DNA from: Bacteroidales bacterium
GTDB lineage: Bacteria > Bacteroidota > Bacteroidia > Bacteroidales > UBA932
DNA length: 37,437 bases
Direction: 5' to 3'
NCBI GenBank assembly: GCA_009784635.1
Contig: WRBG01000001.1
Coordinates: 1-37,437 of the forward strand
Shown one piece after another: positions 1-9,339 of this stretch (positions within the stretch are counted from its first letter, which is position 1; each line of letters begins with the position of its first letter). The position numbers and the translations under genes are program-made. The notes below the pieces were generated by a model, which searched no databases, was not told the DNA's origin, and saw only the letters and a list, made by a program, of their open reading frames with translations.

Positions 1-1
1 C

Positions 2-274
2 ACCTATGAAGTGGCCTCCGTCCGGTTTATTGAACCCCTTGAAAAAGAGCTTCCCGAACCGGAAGAAGATACGGAAATGCCCGACCCTTCTCCATCTGAA
101 CCGCTTGCCGCTCCGGAACCGGAGCCGGTTGTGCCGGAACCTGTTGCGTCTGAATCCGTTGTACCAAAGCCTGTTGTGTCGGAGCCTATCGTGCCGAAAC
201 CCGAACCCGAACCCGAACCGGAGCCCGCTCCTCCTCCCCGACCCTTTGACCCCTATAACCCCACCCTGTTCTAA
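2..274 (+). CDS. 3' end of a CDS entering from the left edge; Pro/Glu/Val-rich low-complexity C-terminal tail, function unknown
   Basis: The frame is open from base 2 to the TAA at 272-274. The track ORF 11..274 merely starts at an internal GTG. Translation reads ...PEPEPVVPEPVASESVVPKPVVSEPIVPKPEPEPEPEPAPPPRPFDPYNPTLF and stops 2 nt before the aroK ATG. No recognisable domain. Confidence 0.4.
   Translation, partial: TYEVASVRFIEPLEKELPEPEEDTEMPDPSPSEPLAAPEPEPVVPEPVASESVVPKPVVSEPIVPKPEPEPEPEPAPPPRPFDPYNPTLF
113..238 (+). repeat. In-frame degenerate 15-nt (5-aa) periodic repeat followed by a (CCN-GAR)n Pro-Glu run, inside the partial CDS
   Basis: Codon-by-codon reading gives PEPVV/PEPVA/SESVV/PKPVV/SEPIV/PK, then PEPEPEPEP and APPP. 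At the DNA level, cccgaa/ccggag units repeat at about 200-226. Confidence 0.6.
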
Positions 275-276
275 GC

Positions 277-756
277 ATGCTGGTCTTCCTCATCGGCTTT
301 ATGGGTTCCGGCAAAACCACCTTGGGCAGGGCCTTAGCCGCCCAACTCAATGGGCATTTCGTAGACTTGGACCGTGAAATCGAGGACTACAGCGGCTGTA
401 GCGTCTCCGAACTGTTCAAGCGCACAGAAGAACCCGGATTCCGCAAGGTGGAACAACAGGTATTACACAACACAGTCCGGCGACTCCAAGACCCAAGCCA
501 AGTCATGCAAGACGGAGTCATCGCCTGCGGCGGCGGCACCCCCTGCTTTAGGCACAACCTCTCATTCATGAAAGCCAATGGTTTTGTAATCTATTTAGAA
601 GTAAGCCCCGAAATCCTCTGTGAACGCCTTCTCCTCTGCCCCGAGCGCATCCGCCCCATGATTCCCACCCGCAATCCGGAACAACTATTGATATTTATCC
701 GCGACCTGTTAGGCCGGCGCCGCCCCATTTACGAGGCCGCGCACTGGAAGTGTTAG
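277..756 (+). CDS. aroK: Shikimate kinase
   Basis: 159 aa. N-terminal Walker A motif LIGFMGSGKTTLGRALA, plus size and layout typical of AroK. Confidence 0.85.
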   Translation: MLVFLIGFMGSGKTTLGRALAAQLNGHFVDLDREIEDYSGCSVSELFKRTEEPGFRKVEQQVLHNTVRRLQDPSQVMQDGVIACGGGTPCFRHNLSFMKANGFVIYLEVSPEILCERLLLCPERIRPMIPTRNPEQLLIFIRDLLGRRRPIYEAAHWKC

Positions 757-759
757 CCT

Positions 760-2490
760 TTACACTATCACTTCTCTCACCCTAATATCTTTAACCCTCA
801 ATTGAATATTGGCAATCCCGCGGTAGTAGTTCTCTGCCACGGAATAGCAAATATCTACCGGATTGCCGCCCTGCATATAGGCAAAGTGTTCGGACTGGTG
901 AAAGGCAATGGCCGAGATGGGACGATACGGCTCGTCTTCTTGAATCAATTCTAATTTAAGGTGGCCGCCTTCTGAACCTACCAATCGGCCGTTTCCGTTG
1001 TCGTAGACGTTTTCGGTAATAAATACCGGAGACATATTGCCGGGGCCAAAGGGCTGGAACTGTTTGAGCAGTCTAAAAAACTTAGGAGTAATCTGCTTAA
1101 AATCAAGGAAGGTATCTATGTTAACCAAGGGGGTCAATATTTCTTCGGTTACTTTTTCGGCCACAATCCCTTCAAAACGCACTTTGAAGATGGGCAGGTG
1201 TTCCTCTTTCATGGTCAAGCCGGCGGCGTACATATGCCCCCCAAAGTTTTCCAGCAGGTCGGAACAGGCTTCTATCGCCTCGTAAAGGTCAAAGCCGGGA
1301 ATACTTCTTGCAGAACCGGTTACAAAACCGTTGGACTGGGTCAGCACAATCGTGGGGCGATAATAAGTCTCTACCAATCGGGAAGCCACAATACCCACCA
1401 CCCCTTTATGCCAATTGGGATTGTACACCACGGTAGCTTTGGTGGTACTAAAGTCAAAGGCCTCCCTAACCATAAGGATGGCTTCTTGGGTAATCTCGCG
1501 GTCAATACTTTTGCGGTCGTTGTTGTGGGTGTTGATGGTGGCGCCTATTTGCAGGGCTTCTTCGTCTGTTGAAGAGGTCAGCAGATCTACGGCCATTTTT
1601 CCGGACTCCATCCGTCCGGCGGCATTAATCCGGGGGCCAATCTTAAATACAATGTCGTCTATGGAAATCTGGTGCTTTTCCAATCCCGAAAGTTTAATCA
1701 CCGACAAAAGTCCTTTTCGGGGGGATTCGTTGAGTTGCTTAAGTCCAAAATGGGCCAGCACCCTGTTTTCTCCGGTAATGGAAACCAAATCGGAAGCAAT
1801 ACTCACCGCCAAGAGGTCCAACAAGGGTACTAATTCCGAAAAGGGAATGCTCCGGTGCATGCAAAACGCCTGTAATAACTTAAATCCCACGCCACAACCC
1901 GACAAATCGTCAAAAGGATAATGGCAATCGCTCCGTTTGGGGTCTAATACCGCCACGGCATTGGGCAGGCAGTCGTCGGGCAGGTGGTGGTCGCAAATAA
2001 TAAAATCAATCCCCCGGTCTTTGGCATACTTGACTTTTTCTCTGGCCTTAATTCCGCAGTCGAGGGCAATAATCAAACTGACTCCCTGCTCTTTAGCCTC
2101 ATCAATCCCTATATAGGAAATCCCATAACCCTCTATATACCGGTCCGGAATATAATAGGACAGATGGGAACTAAAACTCCGGAGAAACGAGTAAATCAAG
2201 GCCACAGCCGTGGTTCCGTCCACATCGTAATCGCCGTATATCAAGATTTTTTCTTCCTGCTGCAAGGCCCTGTCCAAACGCGCCACCGCCAAATCCATAT
2301 CCTTCATCAGAAAAGGGTCGTGCAGGGATTCCAACTGGGGACGGAAAAAATTCTTGGCTTCTGTAAAAGTCTTAACGCCACGTTGTACCAGCAGGTTGGC
2401 CAAAGACTGGTCAATCCCCAACTCGGCGGCTAACTGCCGCACCAGCGCGGGGTTGCCCGGCTCTTTAACTATCCACTTTTTATCCAGCAT
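760..2490 (-). CDS. recJ: Single-stranded-DNA-specific exonuclease RecJ
   Basis: DHH-family motifs are present: IYGDYDVDGTT, ALDCG, ICDHH and the DHHA1 motif FGGHMYAAG. The track ORF starts at 2535, but I prefer the internal Met (MLDKKWIVKEPG) at 2490. The first 15 codons look like a non-conserved extension. Confidence 0.9.
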   Translation of the reverse strand: MLDKKWIVKEPGNPALVRQLAAELGIDQSLANLLVQRGVKTFTEAKNFFRPQLESLHDPFLMKDMDLAVARLDRALQQEEKILIYGDYDVDGTTAVALIYSFLRSFSSHLSYYIPDRYIEGYGISYIGIDEAKEQGVSLIIALDCGIKAREKVKYAKDRGIDFIICDHHLPDDCLPNAVAVLDPKRSDCHYPFDDLSGCGVGFKLLQAFCMHRSIPFSELVPLLDLLAVSIASDLVSITGENRVLAHFGLKQLNESPRKGLLSVIKLSGLEKHQISIDDIVFKIGPRINAAGRMESGKMAVDLLTSSTDEEALQIGATINTHNNDRKSIDREITQEAILMVREAFDFSTTKATVVYNPNWHKGVVGIVASRLVETYYRPTIVLTQSNGFVTGSARSIPGFDLYEAIEACSDLLENFGGHMYAAGLTMKEEHLPIFKVRFEGIVAEKVTEEILTPLVNIDTFLDFKQITPKFFRLLKQFQPFGPGNMSPVFITENVYDNGNGRLVGSEGGHLKLELIQEDEPYRPISAIAFHQSEHFAYMQGGNPVDICYSVAENYYRGIANIQLRVKDIRVREVIV

Positions 2491-2577
2491 CGCAAATATA
2501 ATCCTGCGAAGATAAGGAAATATATCGAAAATCACCTATATTTGTATTAATTTTGTACGATTATTGCTACGCACCTT

Positions 2578-4089
2578 ATGACAGAACACAGCGAACAGGA
2601 ACAAATCAGGAGAGATTCTCTTAGGCAACTTCAAGAAATGGGCATTGACCCCTATCCCGCCGCCGCTTACGAAATAACAGCTAACAGTCTGGAAATTAAG
2701 AAAAATTATAGTCCGGACTTAGGAAATTATCAGCATGTTTCCATAGCGGGGCGGATTATGTCGCGCCGCATCATGGGCGCCGCCGCCTTTATGGAATTGC
2801 AGGACGATGTGGGACGTATTCAAGTATATGTAAAGCGGGACGATATCTGTCCGGAAGAAGACAAGAGTTTTTACAACATTGTGTTCAAAAAACTGCTCGA
2901 CATCGGCGATATTGTGGGCGTGCAGGGATTTGCATTTATTACCCAAACCGGAGCATATTCCATCCACGCCAAAACCTTGACGATTCTATGTAAATCGCTT
3001 AGGGTGTTGCCCATCGTAAAAGAAAAAGAAGGACAATTGTACGACGCCTTTACCGACCCCGAACAACGCTACCGCATGCGTTATGTAGACTTGATTGTTA
3101 ATCCGCATGTAAGGGATGTGTTTGTACAGCGCTGCATGATTATCAACACCATGCGCAATTTCTTCAACGAGCGGGGATACTTGGAGGTAGAGACCCCCAT
3201 TTTGCAATCCATTCCCGGAGGAGCCTCGGCCCGGCCCTTTATTACCCACCACAACGCGCTCGACATCCCGCTCTACATGCGTATTGCCAACGAATTATAT
3301 TTAAAGCGTCTGATTGTGGGCGGATTTCCGGGCGTTTACGAGTTTGCCAAAGATTTTCGCAACGAAGGCATGGACCGTACCCATAATCCCGAATTTACCG
3401 TACTTGAAATCTATGTAGCCTACAAGGATTATTTTTGGATGATGAACTTTGTAGAAGAAATGCTCGAACAAGTGGCCATTGCCTTGCACCAACAGACTAA
3501 AGTGCGGCTGGGCGAACATGAAATCGACTTTAAAGCCCCCTACCGTCGCCTCCCCATGCTCGAAGCCATCAAGGAATATGCAGGGGTAGACGTGGCGGGC
3601 ATGGACGAAGAAGCCCTTAAAGCCACCTGCCAAAAACTTCGGATTCCCATCAACAAAACCATGGGGACAGGCAAGTTGATAGACGCCATTTTTGGGGCGT
3701 ACTGCGAGAAGCATTTGATTCAGCCCACCTTCATTACCGACTATCCCAAAGAAACCTCCCCTTTAACCAAACAGCACCGCCACAACCCCAATTTGACCGA
3801 GCGGTTTGAGCTTTTTGTCAACGGCAAAGAATTGGCCAACGCCTACAGCGAACTCAACGACCCCATAGACCAGTTGGAGCGTTTTAACGAACAACTCAAG
3901 CTCAAGGAAAAAGGGGACGACGAAGCCATGTACATAGATATGGACTTTGTGCGGGCCTTGGAATACGGTATGCCCCCCACTTCGGGTATGGGTATAGGAA
4001 TTGACCGGCTTACCATGTTCATGACCAATTCTCCTTCGATTCAAGATGTGCTGCTTTTCCCCCAAATGCGTCCCGAATCCGAGGGCTAA
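2578..4089 (+). CDS. lysS: Lysine--tRNA ligase (class II)
   Basis: 503 aa. Class II motif 2 region DFRNEGMDRTHNPEFTVLEIY and motif 3 GMGIGIDRLTMF, with an N-terminal OB-fold anticodon-binding region. Confidence 0.95.
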   Translation: MTEHSEQEQIRRDSLRQLQEMGIDPYPAAAYEITANSLEIKKNYSPDLGNYQHVSIAGRIMSRRIMGAAAFMELQDDVGRIQVYVKRDDICPEEDKSFYNIVFKKLLDIGDIVGVQGFAFITQTGAYSIHAKTLTILCKSLRVLPIVKEKEGQLYDAFTDPEQRYRMRYVDLIVNPHVRDVFVQRCMIINTMRNFFNERGYLEVETPILQSIPGGASARPFITHHNALDIPLYMRIANELYLKRLIVGGFPGVYEFAKDFRNEGMDRTHNPEFTVLEIYVAYKDYFWMMNFVEEMLEQVAIALHQQTKVRLGEHEIDFKAPYRRLPMLEAIKEYAGVDVAGMDEEALKATCQKLRIPINKTMGTGKLIDAIFGAYCEKHLIQPTFITDYPKETSPLTKQHRHNPNLTERFELFVNGKELANAYSELNDPIDQLERFNEQLKLKEKGDDEAMYIDMDFVRALEYGMPPTSGMGIGIDRLTMFMTNSPSIQDVLLFPQMRPESEG

Positions 4090-4107
4090 ATATCAAAAAA
4101 CACACCC

Positions 4108-4905
4108 ATGCCTCCTTTTATAGAGTCGGCAAAAAATCCATGGATTAAAGACGTCTTGACGCTCATGGAAAAGCCCAAAGAGCGAAGGGACAGACAATTG
4201 TTTGTGGTAGAGGGGGCAAGGGAAGTCTCCGCGGCATTGGCAAACGGCTTCAAGCTCCAAACGCTCTATTATTTGCCGCAATTGATTCCCGACCCCTGCC
4301 GGCAATTTAAACTGCCTGAAGAATCTCCCTGCCGGCCCGTCTCGTTGGCCGTCTACAAAAAAATAGCCTACCGCGAAGGTACAGAGGGAGTAGTGGCCGT
4401 CATGCACCAAAAAAATATGCAGTTAGACCAACTCAGACTGCCAGACAATCCTTTGATTCTGATAACGGAAGCCATTGAAAAACCCGGAAACATGGGCGCC
4501 ATGCTCCGAACCGCAGACGCGGCGCAGGTAGACGCCGTTTTTGTGTGTCATTCGCTGTGCGACCCCTACAATCCCAACCTAATCAGAGCCAGCTTGGGGG
4601 CGGTTTTTACCCGCCAAATAGTCGCCTGCAGTGCAGAGGAAGCCATTGCGTGGCTCCGGCAAAACCATATTACCCTCTACGCCGCCACGCTAAAGGACGC
4701 CGTTCCATACCACAGTCAAGACTATCGAGCCGGATGCGCCATTGCGGTTGGCTCCGAAGCCTGCGGCCTCAGTCCCGTTTGGCCCAAAGCTGCCAAGGCC
4801 TGCATCCATATTCCCATGAAAGGTTCCATAGATTCGCTTAATGTGTCGGTATCGGCTGCCATTTTGGTGTTTGAAGCCATCAAGCAAAGAACATCGGATA
4901 CATGA
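4108..4905 (+). CDS. SpoU/TrmH-family RNA 2'-O-methyltransferase
   Basis: SpoU motifs are present: EKPGNMGAMLRTADAA, AVGSEACGLS and IPMKGSIDSLNVSVSAAILVFE. The substrate (rRNA or tRNA) cannot be decided by eye. Confidence 0.8.
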   Translation: MPPFIESAKNPWIKDVLTLMEKPKERRDRQLFVVEGAREVSAALANGFKLQTLYYLPQLIPDPCRQFKLPEESPCRPVSLAVYKKIAYREGTEGVVAVMHQKNMQLDQLRLPDNPLILITEAIEKPGNMGAMLRTADAAQVDAVFVCHSLCDPYNPNLIRASLGAVFTRQIVACSAEEAIAWLRQNHITLYAATLKDAVPYHSQDYRAGCAIAVGSEACGLSPVWPKAAKACIHIPMKGSIDSLNVSVSAAILVFEAIKQRTSDT

Positions 4906-5696
4906 AAAACAATAAAGCCGTCAAACACTTTGGCCTTTGCGGCCATCCGATTGCCCACAGCCTAAGTCCCCGTCTTTTTGAAGCAGCCTACCCCAAAGAC
5001 GGCTTTAGTTACGAAATAATTCCGGCCTCCACTCCGGCGGAAGCCCTGCGCTTGTTTGTGGAGGGAGGATTTATGGGCATGAATGTTACGGCCCCTTTTA
5101 AAACATCCATACTCCCCTTAGTCCACCGGCAGACACAGGAATGTGCTGCCATTGGCGCCTGTAACTTGATTTTGAAAGAAGGAGACCTGCTGGTAGCCCA
5201 TAATACGGACTACTTGGGCGTTGCCCACAGCATAGACGAAGCTAACGCGCAGGTACAAGGCGCCTTATGCCTGCTGCTGGGAGCCGGAGGGGCGGCCAAA
5301 GCCGCCGCATACGCCTTACTGAAGGCCGGAGCCTTGTTGCTTTGGGCCAATCGAACCTCGGCACATATCCCAAACTTCTTTCTCGACCGGCCCATCACCC
5401 CTCTGCCTCTTGCTCAAATCGGACATCATCTTCCCCAATCCAACCTCATCCTAAACACCTTGCCCCTATCCCTTCCCAATACCCAAATCCTTAGGTTTCA
5501 TCCCTCCCAAACCGTCTTTGACGCCTCCTACGCCGCCCGTCCCTTGGAGCAACCTGCCACCAAAGCCGGCGCCAAATACATTGGGGGAGAACGCTGGTTG
5601 CTGCATCAAGCTGTTCCTTCTTTTGAAGCCATGACCGGCATTTGCCCCAACTTAGCCGACATGGAGCAGGTAATTCAAAATTTATTCCTATCTTAG
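4902..5696 (+). CDS. aroE: Shikimate dehydrogenase
   Basis: Motifs GHPIAHSLSPRLF, NVTAPFK, NTDYLG and the glycine-rich LLGAGGAAKA. A 4-nt ATGA overlap with the upstream methyltransferase gene. Confidence 0.8.
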   Translation: MKNNKAVKHFGLCGHPIAHSLSPRLFEAAYPKDGFSYEIIPASTPAEALRLFVEGGFMGMNVTAPFKTSILPLVHRQTQECAAIGACNLILKEGDLLVAHNTDYLGVAHSIDEANAQVQGALCLLLGAGGAAKAAAYALLKAGALLLWANRTSAHIPNFFLDRPITPLPLAQIGHHLPQSNLILNTLPLSLPNTQILRFHPSQTVFDASYAARPLEQPATKAGAKYIGGERWLLHQAVPSFEAMTGICPNLADMEQVIQNLFLS

Positions 5697-5718
5697 CCGA
5701 AAATAATACAAACGAATT

Positions 5719-6156
5719 ATGACGCTTAATAAAGTGATGCTCATAGGTAATGTGGGCAAAGATCCCGAGCCGCGCCACTTGGAGAGCGGCGCCATGCTGG
5801 TAACGCTGACCTTGGCCACTACCGAACGCTTTAAAGACCGCAACGGAGAGGTCAAAGAGCAAACCGAGTGGCACAATGTGGTTTGCTGGCGCAGCGTGGC
5901 CGAAATTGCGGAAAAATACGTGCGTAAAGGCTCACAGATATATATAGAAGGCCGGTTACGCAGTCGAAGCTGGGAAGACCAGAACGGCCAAAAGCGTTAC
6001 GTTACCGAGATTGTAGCCGACACCCTCCGCCTGCTCGGACGCAAGTCGGGTCAGTCCCCGGACGGCCATAACGCCCCTCAAGTATCCTCCACAAAGCCCG
6101 TTCCGACCGACCCTTTGGAAGGCATAGGCGCTCCTTTAGATGACCTGCCCTTTTAA
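5719..6156 (+). CDS. ssb: Single-stranded DNA-binding protein
   Basis: 145 aa. N-terminal OB fold (MTLNKVMLIGNVGKDPE...TEWHNVVCW), a Pro/Gly-rich linker and the canonical acidic tip DDLPF at the C-terminus. Confidence 0.9.
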   Translation: MTLNKVMLIGNVGKDPEPRHLESGAMLVTLTLATTERFKDRNGEVKEQTEWHNVVCWRSVAEIAEKYVRKGSQIYIEGRLRSRSWEDQNGQKRYVTEIVADTLRLLGRKSGQSPDGHNAPQVSSTKPVPTDPLEGIGAPLDDLPF

Positions 6157-6196
6157 CCATCCGTCATCCGTTAATACGTTTTAGAGTCTTAAAAAT

Positions 6197-7468
6197 ATGA
6201 AAGTTGATGTAATCCTTGGCCTCCAATGGGGCGACGAAGGAAAGGGAAAAATTGTGGATGTATTGGCCCCGAAATATCCGGTGGTCGCCCGTTTTCAAGG
6301 CGGACCCAACGCCGGCCATTCCCTGCAGTTCGGAAATCAAAAATTTGTACTGCACACGGTTCCGTCGGGCATATTCCACCATGGAACCAAGAACATTATC
6401 GGCAACGGCGTGGTCATAGACCCCTTGATTTTTGCCAAAGAAATAGAGGGTTTGGAGCAATTAGGCGTACCCGCAACCGAACGCATCAGCATAGCCCAAA
6501 AAGCCCATTTAATTCTTCCCTCCCACCGGATTATTGACGCCGCCACCGAGGCCTCCAAAGGCAAACAAAAAATCGGGTCAACCCTTAAAGGAATAGGTCC
6601 GGCATATGTGGATAAAGCCGGACGCAACGGCCTTCGCGTAGGCGACATTCTTTCTCCTTCCTTTTTAGAAAAATACACCTACCTAAAAAGCAAGCATCTC
6701 GAATTTCTCCAATCATTTGATTACGAATATAACATAGAGGATTACGAAGCTCAATGGTTTAAGGGAATCGAAAACCTAAAGCGGTTCGAGCTTATTGACG
6801 GAGCCTTTGTAGTCAACAACTACCTCCAAAACTCCAAAAAGGTTTTGGCCGAAGGGGCGCAAGGCTCTTTGCTGGATGTTGATTTTGGAACCTACCCCTT
6901 TGTTACTTCCTCCACCACCATCTGTGCCGGAGCCTGTACGGGTTTAGGGATAGCGCCCAACAAAATCGACAAGGTTTACGGCATTTTCAAGGCTTACTGC
7001 ACCCGCGTGGGCAGCGGCCCATTTCCCACTGAATTACAGGACACCACAGGAGAAGCGCTGCGCAGTATCGGGAACGAATTTGGGGCCACCACAGGCCGTC
7101 CCCGCCGCACCGGTTGGCTCGACTTGGTAGCCCTTAAATACTCCATTATGATTAACGGCGTATCGGAACTTGTGATAACAAAAGCCGACGTTATGGACAG
7201 CTTTGACCGCATCAAAATAGCCACAACCTACAAGGTAAACGGAAAGGAACAAAGCCTGTTGCCATACGACGTGCAAGACGGACAGATCGAGCCGGTATAC
7301 AGGGAATTTGCAGGCTGGAAACGAGATTTGTCGGCCGTGGTTCGAGAAGAAGAACTTCCCTTTGAATTTATGAATTATATACGCTTTATCGAAAAAGAAA
7401 CAGGCGTGCCCATCAGCATGATTTCTTTAGGACCGGACCGAGCGCAAACCATTATACGCCAAGTGTAA
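6197..7468 (+). CDS. purA: Adenylosuccinate synthetase
   Basis: Motifs QWGDEGKGKIVD, GGPNAGH and TTGRPRRTGW. 423 aa. Confidence 0.95.
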   Translation: MKVDVILGLQWGDEGKGKIVDVLAPKYPVVARFQGGPNAGHSLQFGNQKFVLHTVPSGIFHHGTKNIIGNGVVIDPLIFAKEIEGLEQLGVPATERISIAQKAHLILPSHRIIDAATEASKGKQKIGSTLKGIGPAYVDKAGRNGLRVGDILSPSFLEKYTYLKSKHLEFLQSFDYEYNIEDYEAQWFKGIENLKRFELIDGAFVVNNYLQNSKKVLAEGAQGSLLDVDFGTYPFVTSSTTICAGACTGLGIAPNKIDKVYGIFKAYCTRVGSGPFPTELQDTTGEALRSIGNEFGATTGRPRRTGWLDLVALKYSIMINGVSELVITKADVMDSFDRIKIATTYKVNGKEQSLLPYDVQDGQIEPVYREFAGWKRDLSAVVREEELPFEFMNYIRFIEKETGVPISMISLGPDRAQTIIRQV

Positions 7469-7470
7469 AT

Positions 7471-9339
7471 ATGTCCTTTCTGGAACAAATCAATACCCCT
7501 TGCAACCTCAAAACGCTGGTTCCCGACCAATTAAAAGCCCTTTGCGCCGAACTGCGCGCCTACATTATAGACTGCTGCGCCGGCAATCCGGGACATTTGG
7601 GTTCCAGCTTAGGCACGGTAGAACTTACCGTAGCCCTTCATTATGTATTTAATACCCCAAAAGACAAGCTGATTTGGGATGTCGGCCACCAAACTTACGC
7701 CCACAAAATCCTTACCGGTCGCCGCGAAGCCTTTAAGACAAAGCGCACCTACGGAGGCATCAGCGGATTCCCCAAAATCAGCGAGAGTCCTTACGACGCT
7801 TTTGGCGCCGGACATGCCTCCACCTCCATATCGGCTGCCTTGGGAATGGCTGTAGCCGCCGAACTCCAAGGCTCAGACGAGCAGATTGTGGCCATTATTG
7901 GAGACGGAGCGCTCACAGGGGGCTTGGCTTTTGAAGGATTGAATAATGCCGGAGCCAGAGGCGCCAATATGCTGGTAGTTGTGAACGACAACCAAATATC
8001 CATTGACGCCAATGTCGGCGCCATGCACCACTACCTCATTAAGCTCTCCACGTCTAAACGGTACAACCGCTTTAAGCAGGTACTTTGGGATTTTTTTGGC
8101 GCCACCGGATTGCGATGGCTTATCCAAAAGTTTGTCAACACCACAAAGTTGGCTTTTTTTGGCAAAAGCACTTTGTTTGCCGCCATGGGGTTTCGCTACT
8201 TTGGCGTTATTGACGGCCACAACCTGACGCAACTCATCAAGGTACTCAAGCGGCTCAAGGAGTTGGAAGGCCCTAAGCTCCTCCATATCCGTACCGTCAA
8301 AGGAAAAGGTTATGAGCCGGCAGAAAAAGAACAGTCCATTTGGCACGCCCCGGGCACCTTTGATATAAATACGGGGGAACGCACCGATACCTGCAAGGAG
8401 CTTAGTCGCGCCAGATATCAAGACGTTTTTGGCGCCACCCTGCTGGAACTGGCACAGCAAAACGATAAAATTATAGGCATCACCCCTGCCATGCCCACCG
8501 GCTCTTCTCTGAACATCATGATGGAGGCGATTCCCAAACGCGCTTTTGACGTGGGTATTGCAGAGGCCCATGCCGTAACCTTTTCTGCCGGTCTTGCCGC
8601 ACAGGGATACCTCCCCTATTGCTGTATCTACTCCTCCTTTATGCAACGCGCATATGATTCTGTTATCCACGATATTGCTCTGCAAAACCTAAAAGTGGTG
8701 CTTTGCCTCGACCGAGGTGGCTTAGTGGGGGAAGATGGTCCTACCCATCACGGAGTATTTGACTTAGCCTATTTTCGGTTAGTCCCCGGCCTCATGATTG
8801 CCGCCCCTCGAAACGAATGGGAACTCCGTAATTTACTGTTTTCCGCACAAACATCCGACTACAAGGCGATAAGTATTCGATACCCCAGAGGAAACACCAC
8901 CGGCGCCGACTGGAGACAGGCTTTTGAGTACATAGCTCCCGGCGCCGCCGAGCTGCTGCATCAAGGCTCCGATATTGCGGTACTGAGTTTGGGATGGCCG
9001 GGAAATACGGCCTTGGAAGCGGCCAAAGAGTTAAAAGAGGAGGGTATTGGCGTACAACTATGGAATATGCGCTTTCTAAAGCCCTTAGACCACAGCGTCC
9101 TTGCCGAATTAGCCTCTCGGTATACCAAAGTGATTACCATCGAAGACGGAGTATTGAGCGGCGGTCTGTACGGAGCCATAGCCGAATACATCGCCTCCTC
9201 TGCGCCCCATATTACGCTCCGTGGCATCGGATTGCCGGACCAATTTATTGAGCAGGGGTCGCTGCCGGAGTTGTATCAAGTTTACGGATTGAATAAGGAA
9301 GCTATATGTAAGACCATTAAAGAATCAATTGCGCCATGA
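7471..9339 (+). CDS. dxs: 1-deoxy-D-xylulose-5-phosphate synthase
   Basis: 622 aa. GHASTSISAALGMA and the TPP-binding GDGALTGGLAFEGLNNAG, with transketolase-like middle and C-terminal domains. Confidence 0.95.
   Translation: MSFLEQINTPCNLKTLVPDQLKALCAELRAYIIDCCAGNPGHLGSSLGTVELTVALHYVFNTPKDKLIWDVGHQTYAHKILTGRREAFKTKRTYGGISGFPKISESPYDAFGAGHASTSISAALGMAVAAELQGSDEQIVAIIGDGALTGGLAFEGLNNAGARGANMLVVVNDNQISIDANVGAMHHYLIKLSTSKRYNRFKQVLWDFFGATGLRWLIQKFVNTTKLAFFGKSTLFAAMGFRYFGVIDGHNLTQLIKVLKRLKELEGPKLLHIRTVKGKGYEPAEKEQSIWHAPGTFDINTGERTDTCKELSRARYQDVFGATLLELAQQNDKIIGITPAMPTGSSLNIMMEAIPKRAFDVGIAEAHAVTFSAGLAAQGYLPYCCIYSSFMQRAYDSVIHDIALQNLKVVLCLDRGGLVGEDGPTHHGVFDLAYFRLVPGLMIAAPRNEWELRNLLFSAQTSDYKAISIRYPRGNTTGADWRQAFEYIAPGAAELLHQGSDIAVLSLGWPGNTALEAAKELKEEGIGVQLWNMRFLKPLDHSVLAELASRYTKVITIEDGVLSGGLYGAIAEYIASSAPHITLRGIGLPDQFIEQGSLPELYQVYGLNKEAICKTIKESIAP

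Noticed and set aside
196-226. cccgaa/ccggag tandem units considered as a microsatellite or non-coding repeat
   Set aside because: They are in frame within an open reading frame and encode (Pro-Glu)n, so they are better explained as a coding low-complexity repeat.
6-377. 123-aa plus-strand ORF (MKWPPSGLLNPLKK...) at the left edge
   Set aside because: It overlaps both the Pro-rich frame and the well-supported aroK start at 277. Its Arg/Leu/Pro-rich sequence looks like an out-of-frame reading of the repeat, and it has no motif.
2491-2535. 15-codon N-terminal extension of recJ (MIFDIFPYLRRIIFA)
   Set aside because: The internal Met at 2490 (MLDKKWIVKEPG...) gives a typical RecJ N-terminus. The extension would consume most of the divergent promoter region. 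This is not proven; N-terminal alignment would decide.
2537-2555. Two TAnnTTTG-like boxes (TAtaTTTG at 2537-2544, TAatTTTG at 2548-2555) upstream of lysS
   Set aside because: No TTTG -33 element occurs at the expected 19-21 nt distance for either box, and the spacer is AT-rich, so chance matches are likely. I did not report them as features.
7873-8685. 270-aa minus-strand ORF antisense to dxs
   Set aside because: It is a shadow ORF inside the dxs gene with no recognisable motif.
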